DNA of 64,000 bases from Paraspadella gotoi (taxonomy: Eukaryota; Animalia; Chaetognatha): the NCBI GenBank assembly GCA_051294375.1, contig CM119266.1, positions 17,230,087-17,294,086 on the forward strand. Reading direction: 5' to 3'. The translations under genes and the position numbers were made by a program. The notes under the pieces are model-generated. The model was not told where the DNA came from and did not search any database. It was given only the letters and a program-made list of their open reading frames with translations. Of this stretch, positions 1 to 12,227 are shown one piece after another. How positions within the stretch are numbered: position 1 is the stretch's first letter; each line of letters opens with the position of its first letter.

Positions 1-1712
1 TATTGTCAATAGGATATATCCTTTACCAATATTTTTGTTTTCTCCTACTCTTCTTCCTTCCCAGTTCAACTCTTTCTCTTTCACTTTTGTTAGATTATTT
101 TCCTTTTTTTTTCCGATAGCAATCAATCTTTTTTTCTTTTTTTTTGATCGCATCCGATGCAAACACTTGAGTGCAAATAATCACTGGCGTTCGCCTCCGA
201 TGCAATCGCTCCTCTGGTAGCAAATTAGTTAACTGTGCGCATGGATTTCGGTTCCGTTATTTTGGGGGGCATAGAGTCATATCGAGTGCTCGCAGACCAA
301 CTTTTGTATCGGTCTGTCTGTCAGTCGGTCTGTCTTTTCATCAGTCTGTCCCTTTCGGGTAATCCTGCATCTTTTTAGTTATTACTTTGCAGTTGGTAAA
401 GAAGTTAGGTACGATGAGACGATTAATGTTCGCAGGTTTCATACTTTAGTAGTCACGTGATCATCTGAAAGGCGTTCTTATAAAGTTACATTTTTAAAAT
501 AAAATAATTAATATAAATATTTTTTACATTTTGTACCTTTTTTAAATAGTATAAATGATATGTACATAAACATATATTATATTATATATTATATATAACA
601 TATATACCTAAAAATAATGAAATGAAAATAAATAAATAAATAGGTACATTAAAATAAAATAAAATACAAAATGAAGATTAATGAAAATTAAAAACAATAA
701 AAACAAAAATAAAAAGAAATGAAAATACTAGAAATAAGAATTGAAATACTATTTTAAAATTTAAAAATAAAAATAATTTTTACATGCTTTCAGCCAAACT
801 GTGCTCTCAGATTTTGATTTAGATAACGGATAATATGAAGTGAAGAAATGATTTATTTTATCGAGTTTTTTAATTTTATTAGAATTTGAAATAAGAATCG
901 ATTCTTGACTCGAGGGAAAACTTGGTCTAGCCTTTCTTTCCATTGGGAGGAAAGGAAAGGAATTGAAAGCAAAAGGGAGGAATGGGAAGAATAAAAAAGA
1001 AAGAAATGGGAAGGAAGGAAAAAAGAGGAATTGAAAAAGGAAAGGAAAGGGAAAATTAAAATTAAAAGGATTAGGAAGGGAGGAAGGAAAAGGAAAGGGA
1101 GGAAAGGAATATTAAAAAGGAAAGGAATGGGAAGGGAGGAAAAAAGAGGAATTGAAAAATGAGAGGAGAGGAAAAATTAAAATTGAAAGGATTATGAAGG
1201 GAGAAAGGAAAAGGAAAAGGAGGAAAGGAATATTAAAAAGGAAAGGAATGGGAAGGCAAAAAGAAGGGAAAAGGAAAATAAATGGAAAGAGACTAGACCG
1301 AAGCGAACATCTTGATGAAAACTAATGAAAGAATTTTTCGTGAAAGGAGCGGAAAAAAGCGGACAAAGAAGCGATCGCGACACCGAAATTGGAAATACCG
1401 AGCGGCGCGGACAAAATTGAATTCAATTTTCCAAATTCATTGAAAAAAAAATTTTCTCTTCTTTCCCGAAAGAAAATTTCAAAATTTAAAAAATATTTCA
1501 TTTTCCCAAGATATTTTTTTTTATTTGAATGATAAAACACAGCTGAGACTCAATAACCCGTCTAGTTAGTTGTTTATATTAATGTATTCGATGCTTAAAT
1601 AAAATATTGACGACAAAACAGAAAATTTTCGACGAGACGAAAGACGCGACGGATTTTTGGACGCGGTAGAGAGAGAGAGGAGAGAGATGAGAGAGAGAGA
1701 GAGAGAGAGAGA

Positions 1713-1768
<56 letters not shown>

Positions 1769-1972
1769 GGCGCGGAGAGGAAAGAGAGAAAAGTAATTGC
1801 GAGGAGTGATAGGAAAGAGTGATGGGGCAGAGTGACAGTGATTAGTGATAAGGAAGAGTAATAGAGCGAAGTGAAAGAGAGCAGTGATGAAGAATGATTA
1901 TGAATTTATGATGAGCCAAGACGGAGAGTGATCGGTTTTTCAAGATGACCTGCGTGAATCCAGCGTGAATCC

Positions 1973-1989
1973 ATAATAATAATAATAAC

Positions 1990-2064
<75 letters not shown>
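1973..2064. repeat. (AAT)n microsatellite
   Basis: Seen directly; another at ~60020-60120. Confidence 0.95.
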
Positions 2065-2319
2065 ACTGAACTGAGGCACTTTTCAATGACATTAATTGAT
2101 TTTTGACACTTGGCTGTGACATTTCGTAAAGACTTGAATTAAATATTAAACGTTATTCCAAACGTCTGATAAATCTCAGCACTTGAACTGTACCAGTCCT
2201 ATATATCTATTTGAGATATTCAGTTTAAATTTACTACTTCAGCTGTGATATATATTCTCAATGATATTGTTGCGGGCATTGCCCAGGTTCACCCCGAAAT
2301 TAGTCATCGTTCACACAGT

Positions 2320-2660
2320 CGCGGAGGTGGTGGCTCAATGAGTCAATGAGCTTATAGCTAATAATCATTGAGCTTCTATTTCCAAACCGGTTACGGGGTG
2401 CTTGCCCTTTCGTAAGCGTGAGGAGGGCTTTTAACCGCGTTTGGGCCGTGGAGAACCACAAGCCTCCTTCCATCGCTGCTGAGTAATCTAAAAAAGTTTA
2501 TTTATAACTTTTTTAACTAACTCTAGCAGCCATGAAATGGCTCCTGGGCTTAGAGAGTTTTTTCAAGCCGCCAAGCAGGTTTACGGTTGTCCTCACGCTT
2601 CACAAAAAGGAAGCATCAGGTTGGGATTGAACCCGGTGTCATTGATATGCGGGGTGAACG
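2320..2660. mobile_element. Tail-to-tail pair of SINE-like repeats
   Basis: Core aagcgtgaggagg...aaccgc on + (2413) and its inverse ggtttacggttgtcctcacgctt (2578), with B-box-like gggttcaatccc on -. The same core occurs at ~4945-5010 (-), ~19880-19990, ~40645-40830 and ~62000-62140. Confidence 0.6.
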
Positions 2661-2988
2661 TTTTGACGATCAACTTCGGAAGAGGAGGCTGAGAAAGACG
2701 AAAGAGGAGGAAGAGGGAGAGAGAAGGAAGAAAAGAAGGTAGAGGAAGAAAATAAAAAGAAAAAAAGAAAAAAATATAAAATAAAATCAGTATTTAATAC
2801 GTTATTAAACAATATTAAAATAATTTGGGATTGAAAAATAACAAACTTTTTCTAACAAATAGATTCTTAACCTTATTGAATCGTAGATTCTGGAGGCTAA
2901 AAAAAGGTTTTAAGATTGAGGTCAAGATGGACAGAAAGTCTCAAAGGACATCGGACGCTGGAAGATTGACTAGAGTCTAGTAGAGAGT

Positions 2989-3048
<60 letters not shown>

Positions 3049-3932
3049 ATTATCCGGCTAAATGTCTAATTGTCAAATTGTCAAATTGCTTAATTGTCGA
3101 AGGCTGTCAGGCTTTACACGTTTTCATTATCTAGAGTTGGCGCGCATATTCTGCGTGCAATTCCATTGGACAGCGTGCAAATCCTGTCGAGTCAAAATCC
3201 GCTTAAAAAAAAAATCTCAAATCACTTTTTTTTTCTCTAAGAGGATGAAGATGAGGAGGATGAGGAAGAGGAGGAAGAGGAGAAAAATGATGAGGAAGGG
3301 AAGAGTGAGGGGAAGGAAATAGACTGATGTGAAAAGTAGAAGAGGACTAACAGAAACGTGTATAAATTAAATGAAAAGTGATAATAATAAGACCGGAAGA
3401 AAGCATATCTATTTTTGTGACAAAAACAAATGGTATTTAATATTTCATAGTTTTTTTACGTACTTTACATGAAACTATCGTAAGGAATGCGCAGATTATC
3501 TTGTAAGAGGCCTTAAACCACCATAGCCTGTCCAAATTCAGGGAAAAGATTGCTTATTTCATACATAATCTATCTAATTTGACCGTTATTCTGTCCCTAC
3601 AAATGAAGATTAAGATACCAGATTTGTTTGCATAATTATCATTCTTAATGGAAGTCAACTACGACAATTCGTTTCTATGGCAATCATCTCACGTTTTCCC
3701 TCAAATATTTTTTTCTGAAGACGACGATAAAGAAAAAAGCGGAAATCGATTTTTGAAATACGAGTTTTTAAATTTTTTTATCTCATTTTGTTTTTAAATT
3801 GTAACAAATTTTAAATTTTAAAGTTTTCATATTTGATTTTCTAATACTTTTTTTACTTAGACGAGTCGAACAAAACTTAATTTACTTAACTTAATTAATA
3901 GATATAGATAAGCTTGCACAATCGATTGACAA

Positions 3933-6149
3933 ATGAAAAGAAATTGCTTTGTGGTCTTCGTCGTCGTTGTTTTTGTCGTCACTATTGCCTCTTTCTTCTT
4001 TCTTGTCGGTCGGGCGGACATGAGCTGGCAAACGAAGGGGACAACCACGACAATGATAACGACGATGAAGACGACGACGACGACGACGACAAAAACGACG
4101 ACAGCGAAAACGACGTCAACCACCAAATTGTCTCCAGTCGAAAGAGAGATTTTCGGGTGATTCAATTTTTTCACCTTCATTGAAACCTTAAACAATGAGC
4201 GTTGCTTTCCCCATTGAACAATTAGCATCGCCCCTTTCCTATTTTGAACTAATCCTCTCTCCAACCAATAAGCAATGTTTTCCCACTAACTGATCAGCAT
4301 CGCCGATTTCCTTCTCTCCAACAAATTAGCATCATCCATTTCCCAATTCTAATCCATCAACATCGCTCTCCCCTCTAACAAATCAAAATCACCCATTTTT
4401 TATCTCCAACTAATCAGCTATGCCGAGCTACTGCCGCCCTTTGCGTCGCTGCGCTTCGGCTGCTCCACCTGCGCCGTGGTTATTCCCTCGGGTCATCTCC
4501 TCGGCGCTGGAGTCGGGAACGAGGTTGACGGACACGAGTGCGTTTTTAGGATCAACGGCGCTCCAGTGGAGGGGTTTGAGTAAGTTATTTGCTCCTGTAA
4601 AAGGGTTCCTGTTTTGGTGAAAGATTTGCTCCAGTGGAGAAGTTGTTTAAGTTATTTGCTTCAGCGGAAATGTTTGGTTGAAATATCTGATCAAGTGGGT
4701 TATTTATTTGCTCCATTGGAGGCGTTTGAGTAAGATATTTGATTCAGTAGTTCAGTAGTTCAATTATTAATTTGGGTTTAAGCAAAAGCTTTGGTCCAGT
4801 CAAGTTCATGATATTGTCAATAGTGGGAGTTTTCATGCAATCTTTTAGTCTTAGCTTTTTTGATGCTCATGTCGAATTTGTTGAATTTGAAATAAAACGC
4901 ATAATTAGTTCCTGTCAAGTTATTGATTTGCTGGTTTCTGTCCCCCAAGGCGGTTTACGGCCGTCCTCACGCTTCCCGCAGGGTCGGTACCATTGGAGAT
5001 CGATCCCGGTACCTGACGGTCATGAGTTGATCTGGTTACGACCGAAGTTGTCATGCTTATAGACGGGCTGAACTTAAAGCAATTGTCAGAATATTAAAGT
5101 ATTATTACAAAATCTCGGTCTTGTATTTTCCAAATAACCGAACGTCGGCCTTCGCCGAATTGTAAACAAATGCTTTTTGGTTTTCGATCGCTTGTAATTC
5201 TTCAGTCGTGATTTTGGCCGAGTAACAATTTGTATTTCTCTCCCGTTTATTTCTTTGGTTTTACCTTATTTAATATAACTATAGTGAATACTCAATCCTC
5301 TATTAATATATTAGGCTAAATAGATTCGTCAATTATTACAGGAGTTAGTAATAAAGACGACACAATGCCCTACTATATTTTTAACCCCATGATTAACGAC
5401 TTTTCCTTTCACCCATACTCACTCAATCTAACGATCCCAACCAACTTATCCCCAACACAGAAAGGACGTTGGTCGACGCACAGACTTTCACGTCATGACC
5501 CATTCATCCGTGAATCTCCTTCCTTCTCTCCATCGACTCAATTCTCTTCCTTCGCCGAGAGCGATTCTCATTTGGGTCGTTGATCATCTGAGGAGGACGA
5601 GGATTAAGACTTTCCAAGGGCTCGTCCACATGTGCCGTCGACTGGAGAGGTACTTTTAAAATTCGCCCAATTTCTATTTCTTGTCACTTAAACTTACGCT
5701 CTTTAGAAAAACATGGCCGAGAGTTTTATGTAAAATTTGATTGATTCATTGATTATCGAATTTTATATTTAATTATAATTAAATTTATAAATCGATAATT
5801 TGATGGATTAATCGGTTGATGGAAAGATTAATAGGTCAAATGATTTATTTGACGATTCATCGATTCAGCATACCATTTATGAATAAATTGATAAATAAAA
5901 TTAAATTCTTAAGTTAACTATGAAACAATTGATTGATGATTGCCCCGTTTTCCAATCAGGACTGCTTGTTTCGGCAGCGACGATCTTCGCGCACAAACAA
6001 TCAGAGACGAATTTTTCTCAGAAACTAATTTGGATCCCGAGACGAAAGTTTGGCTCTCGACTGGATGGACGGCCATTGCAGTCGCTAAAATCGGATGCGT
6101 CAGGTTGTTCCACAACCGCCTATTGGCAAACAGACCTGCCTACTGTCTG

Positions 6150-6196
<47 letters not shown>

Positions 6197-6462
6197 AAAT
6201 TTCAATGAAAAAAAAATATTGCAGATCCTGTATTGTTTGCTTAAACTTATTAACTTCGACTTATGTTTTACAAATCAAGCTAATGTTTTAATGTTTTCCT
6301 TTTCATACCTAATAAGTTACTAAAGTATTTTAAAGAGATTCCTTGGGGGTTTTTGCTCAGTTTCACTAAAGTGTATTAATTCTGATCTCTCTCTCTCTCT
6401 CTCTCTCTCATAATATCTCCAATAATACTCTTCTCTCTCTCTCCTCTCTCCTTCTTCTCTCT

Positions 6463-6512
<50 letters not shown>

Positions 6513-6742
6513 GCACAACCATTTACGGCCTGATATCGGACAAGCACTGTCAACTTCATGAGCACAAACACGTTCCTTATCACTACTACGGATCGATGAA
6601 TATCTCCGAGTGTCAGTATCATAAGATGATGGACAGCCTGTCCCATGCAGGTCACAGATTCACGCGTGAACGCAAGGTGATTGGTCGATGGGCGAAGATT
6701 CACAACTTCACATTTCGCGCGCCGAGTTGGGAAGAGGGGTAG
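3933..6742 (+). CDS. ST6GALNAC: Alpha-2,6-sialyltransferase, GT29, ST6GalNAc III-VI-like (5 exons)
   Basis: Exons 3933-4156, 4418-4579, 5461-5649, 5960-6103, 6514-6742, all GT-AG and phase-consistent. N-terminal type II anchor (FVVFVVVVFVVTIASFFFLV) and Thr-rich stem. Sialylmotif L (CSTCAVVIPSGHLLGAGVGNEVDGHECVFRINGAPVEGFEKDVGRRT), motif S (WLSTGWTAIAVAKIGCVSTTIYGL), motif III (VPYHYY), motif VS (HRFTRE), and a C-terminal RWAKIHNFTFRAPSW typical of ST6GalNAc3-6. Confidence 0.9.
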
Positions 6743-7201
6743 TAAACTGTTAAAATTGTTCACTTTATTATTAATTCAATCAATGTTAAATATAAAAGGA
6801 AAATCAAAATTCCCCTTCTTTTTATAAAATAAAACAAAGCTACTAACGATTAACCAAGCAATCAAATTATCAAGCCATCTAAAGATCGAACAATCAAAAA
6901 CCAAGCGATTAAAAGACTAAGCAACCAACTTTCTCTTTGTCGTTTTTTTTAATTTGTGATTAAATTAAATCAAATGAAATTAGGGTTGTACACAAAGTTT
7001 GAGAGAGAGAAGGAGGAAACGAGCGAGAATTAGTTTTGTTTTGAAAAAAAAAAAATCTACAACAAAAAATTTAAAAAAAAAACACAGAATGACAGAATAA
7101 TTTTATTTTCCATTCTAATTATTAAGTTACATATTTTATATCATCCGTACGTTGTCCGATGGTGTACTCTGTGCCCGACACTGAACGACTTTGCCTAGCA
7201 A

Positions 7202-7537
7202 TCAGTTCCAAAAGTCGATAGGCGCCGTGCCCGACTGCGCCGCCCGAAGGCCCCAATCGCCTCTCTGTCTCATTTTCTCTTCGCGGGAGACAAAATGATC
7301 GGATTCTCTGAAAGAAATACAGACAGAGTTCGGAGGCTTTGACTATCACATATATGAAATCACTATCAAAGCGGTCACTGACAATCACTCCCAAGCAGTC
7401 AAAACTCAAAACCGATTCGCTCATTGATTATTTACTCCATGCAATCTCTATCGACGCGCTCTCTAAGAGCACTTCTATGCAATCACTACCGAGTCTGAGT
7501 CAATCACTGAGTCAATCAATCTGAGTCAATCAATCTG

Positions 7538-7580
<43 letters not shown>

Positions 7581-10500
7581 TGAGTCAATCACTACCGAGT
7601 CTGAGTCTCCGAGTGAAATCCAGATTCGCTGTAACTGTCAGAATAAGGAGAATCGGATGCCGACTCGAACCGAACGGCAGGAACATCCTCGGCCTCCGCC
7701 GCCGCCGCCGCTCCCGATGCGTGTTTCGCCGCCTCCGTCGTCGCGTCGCCGGCGGCGGCTGCGTCAGCATCGGCCTTTCGTTTTTTACGACGCTGACGAA
7801 TAAGTGTTTTGCATTGTGTTATGTAATTTCATTTGTTCATTCAGAAAATCAGAATCACTTTTGGTCATATCTGCAAAGAACTAAAAAACTATGGTGGACT
7901 AAAATCAACCAACCGTTGGTGCTGGAGGTAAGTCATTCGCCTCCCAACCCAAAGGTCCGGGGTTCTAGCCCGGTGGTTGCCTAGCAGTTAAGAGGGACGG
8001 GGCGCTTGTAAAACGGAGTTACAGCCTGATCCGAAGCTCAGGAACTGCTTATATTGAACGGTTCTGTCACTAAAACATAATAATTACTGTCTCTTCATTG
8101 GTGAGCCCGACATCCAAACACAACAACAACAACAACAACACTTTCAGGCAACATGCCTCAACCTGGCGATGCACTTTCTGCCAACAACACATCAGGCGAC
8201 AAACTGGCAACATGGCTCAACTTCGTGACGAACTTTCCACCAACAACAATAATTCACTGAAGAGACGCAACAGACTTCTCCCTACGAGAGGGGGGATGTA
8301 TGGAGGACTAAAATCCACCAACCGTTCATCAGTGGCCATTGGTGCTGGAGGCAAGTCATTCGCCTCCCAACTCAAAGGTCCGGGGTTCTAGCCCGGTGGT
8401 CGCCTAGCAGTTAAGAGGGACGGGGCACTTAACCTGCCTGTAACACGCTGTTACAGCCTAATCCGAAGCTCAAGGACTGCTTATACTGAACGGTTCTGTC
8501 ACTAACACATAACAATAATTACTGTCTCTTCAGAACTCAAAATTATATAATTTCTCCTTTGGCGTAATTTAATCGTAAAAAGTGACACTAACAATGACAA
8601 GGACAACAAAGCCAAGAGCGACAAGGACACCTACTTTGACCAAAATGTAAATGAGGGTTAAAGAAACGATGGAAACGAGGATAACGACGACGATGACGAT
8701 GAAGAAGTTCCAATCAAACGAAGCCTCCTCTTCCTCTTCGTTATTCTCTTCGTCAACCACACATCCTACGCACGAAGGGGAAGGCGTCGTCATCGTTGTT
8801 GTTGTGGTTGTTGTTGTTGTCGTCGTCGTAGTTGTTGTTGGTATTGTCGTCGTGGGAAGTTCGCACTCGACCCGCTTGCCTCCGCCGCAAATTCTGTTGC
8901 AAGGACAGCTGCAGTTGCTGTGGAAAGTATGATGGTGCTGTTATTGATTCTTCAATTGTTGCGGAAGATAAGTTGGAATCGTCTTTGTTGCTACAATTAG
9001 CGTGGGAGAGAAGTTAATGTGTTATTGTGGCTGAAGTGGCTGCCACGGGGTGGAGCGATGAAAAGATTGAGAGTTTCAATATTTATTTTCTGCTTTCGTA
9101 TGTGAAATAATGAAATAATGAAATTTACAAATTTTAAAAATATCCTATATTTCAAAACTTTTTTTTTTCATTTTTTAAAACCGATTCCGATTCAAAATTT
9201 TATTTTATATTTTTAGTCAACTTTTTATGAGGAATGTTATTATTATTTATTATTTAATACAAATTTGAAAAAAATAGTTTCAAAAAATTACTATTTTATA
9301 AGGATATTACTACTATTACTACTAATATTTTGTAATTTCTCCTTAGAATAAGAGTAAAATATTTCTTGTACTTCACAATTATACCACGACACGTATAATT
9401 ATTATTGTAACCTATCTTAAATAAAAATTTTGTTCTCGAGAACTCCGTTCTAATCTACATGTCCTTCTACTGCATGCAGCTTCAACGCCAACAATAACTT
9501 AACTACTTACTTAGCTGCATTGATAGCAACGTTAACTCTAGGTTGTCAAAGTCTCAGGAAATTTTGTGATAGGAATGTTGATGCCATGATAAGAAATTGG
9601 AACAACCAATATAAAAATTATCAGTTCATTCAATAATTATTGAACATTGAACAAGCTATCTTAGAGTAGGAGTCTATGTCGTTCTTAGAGATCGAGGAAG
9701 ACTTTTTCAATGGAGATTTTCGTTCAAATCTGACTACCAAACAATATAAACGCTCCTGGTAAAAATTCTGGTAAAATATCGATGTAAAAACACTTGATTC
9801 CGATCCTGTTGCATCTGAAGGGCTCGCATTTTTTTTCTCTTGTCAAATCATCAACATCTTGATATCAAACAAGCCAGAACAAATAGACTGCTTCTGGACG
9901 GAAAAATTTTCCATCTCTGATTTTATATAGAAATGAAAGGGATTTTTTTCCTTGAAAACGATATAAACGTGACTGAGGTATGTTCCTGTTCAACAAATGA
10001 GGTCCAATTTTGGAATCCTTTGGCAAAGTGTCTGAAGGGCTCTCAAAATTTTTTTTTACATTTTATTAGGTTATTTTGATATGATACGATCATGGTAAAG
10101 TGAATTAGTTCATTTTGGTGAAATTTTTATTTAAAGTAAAAGTAAAAGAGGAGCTAACGATCGGAATTCTAAGAGTTTTCAACCGGGAGTCAGATTCGGG
10201 AAAAATCTTCTATGGCGAAAATCTTCCAAAGAAGGGGTGAATTTTCCGAAGATTTTGGTTAATATTTTCTATATTTATAGTCGCATTTTTTTGAAACTTA
10301 ATATTAACAATATTGCCATCATTCTACCTTGGCCGGTATAAGAATATATTAAAAAAGCCTCGGGCTTTGTTCGTCAGAGCTTAGTCCTACTTAGAGAAAC
10401 TTCGAAAAGTGACAAGGCCCAAAACTTTCAAATTCTTCCAAAGGAAGCACTACCTCCTTTTTTTGCGGAAAAAACTCACTAGTTCTTTGCAGGGACGCAT

Positions 10501-11213
10501 TGCCCTCTCTGCGCACACCAGGTGTAGGACTCAACAGCAATGCAATGATCGCGAGAAATGCCATGGACTTTGGAGAGAATTTCAAAGTGAATTCGATTTG
10601 GTCCAAATGAAGACAGGAACTGGGCGGCGAAAAAATTGGGACGCGCTACCTGGAGAGATGAGAGAGAGAGGGAGGGGGAAAAGGGGGGGAGGTGAGCGGG
10701 GAAAGTAAAAGGGAGAACGAGGGAGAAAACCGCCCAATCAAATTCATCTTTAAAGACGATAGCTCAATCAAATTAATCTTGAAAGACAACGACCCAAACA
10801 ATTTTATCTCTACAGACAAAAGTCTAATCCTTTTCATATCTCTAAAAACAACAGCCAGGAATGCCATCTAAAAAGACGAATAACTAAAAGGATTAAAACT
10901 TATTTATCATCTCTTTACAAACATAATCTGTTCTCACCATCTCCACTTGGTCATGACATTCGTGATGGTCCGCATCCTCTTTGAATATTAAGGTGTTAAA
11001 ATCAAACGGGATTTCGTCGATGTTGTCAAAGTTGTCGTAGTTGTAGTCGTCGTCGTTATCTTTTTCTTCTTTGATGTTGTTCTTCGGTTTTGCGAGGTTG
11101 AACGCAGAGCGTGAAAGAGAGAATGGGCGATGAAGGAAGTGGACCTTGTGGAAGATCTTAACGCTGAGGGAAGGGGGGGGAGAGAGAAGAGAGAGAAGAG
11201 AGAGAGAGAGAAG

Positions 11214-11255
<42 letters not shown>

Positions 11256-12129
11256 AGAGAGACTTAATAACTTCAAAACTCAACTCGCAACAGGAGTCAG
11301 GAATAATATGTAAATTTTATTTAATATATAATATGTAATATATATATAATATATATATAATATATAATATGTAAATTTTATTTAATATTAACCGGATAGA
11401 ATAAAGTATTTTCGTTGCCAGGATAGAGTTGGTTAAGGCTATGTATTATTTCTCTAAGTCTAACAAGTTTATTTCTTTATTACTCCCGTATTATTTCATT
11501 TTTCTATCAATAAAGTAGTCTAATATTTTTTTTATGTTTATCATAGGATGTTTGTTTATGTCGTTAGTTTTATTGTTTCATTAAAAATATTTATTGATCT
11601 AGGCTATATGTTGCCCACCAGATTTTGAACAAGACAGCGACTGACCTTTAAATCTATTGTTGTTAGATGGTCCGAGTTTCAATGCGACAGGAAAGGAATC
11701 ATTGCCAGGACGAAACATGTATGAAGGAGGGAGACGGAAAAATTGGAGTCCATTTCTGGGGATCAGATGAGAAGAAATGAGATGAGATGAAAATCAGATG
11801 AGATGCGCCTACTCGCGAAACAAATCACTTTTCAATCCCTCGGTCTGTCTTTCTTTATCGATGTGCATGGCTGTCTGTCCATCTGTCTGTTTATTGGTCT
11901 GCCCCTCAGGTAACCCTGCCTTATTTTAGTTAATACCTTGTTTGTTTCCTACTTGTGTTGTAACACGTGGTGTATTCCATGTGTATACATTTGTATTACA
12001 TATGGTTATTTTAAGATGCTGGTTTATACTAAGAACTAGTGTAAGTCAAATAATCATCTGGCAAAGCATAAAGATAACGAAAATGCATCGCTCTTAATTT
12101 GCCGTTTCTTGTTCTTGACTAATTTCTGT

Positions 12130-12227
<98 letters not shown>

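Noticed and set aside
28-1980. Possible minus-strand gene fragments at the window start (28-232, 1300-1420, 1920-1975)
   Set aside because: GC-richer patches, but no consistent exon chain or recognisable product.
8335-8403. Functional tRNA-Gly gene
   Set aside because: Poor stems and degenerate T-loop, embedded in a duplicated longer unit; treated as a SINE head.
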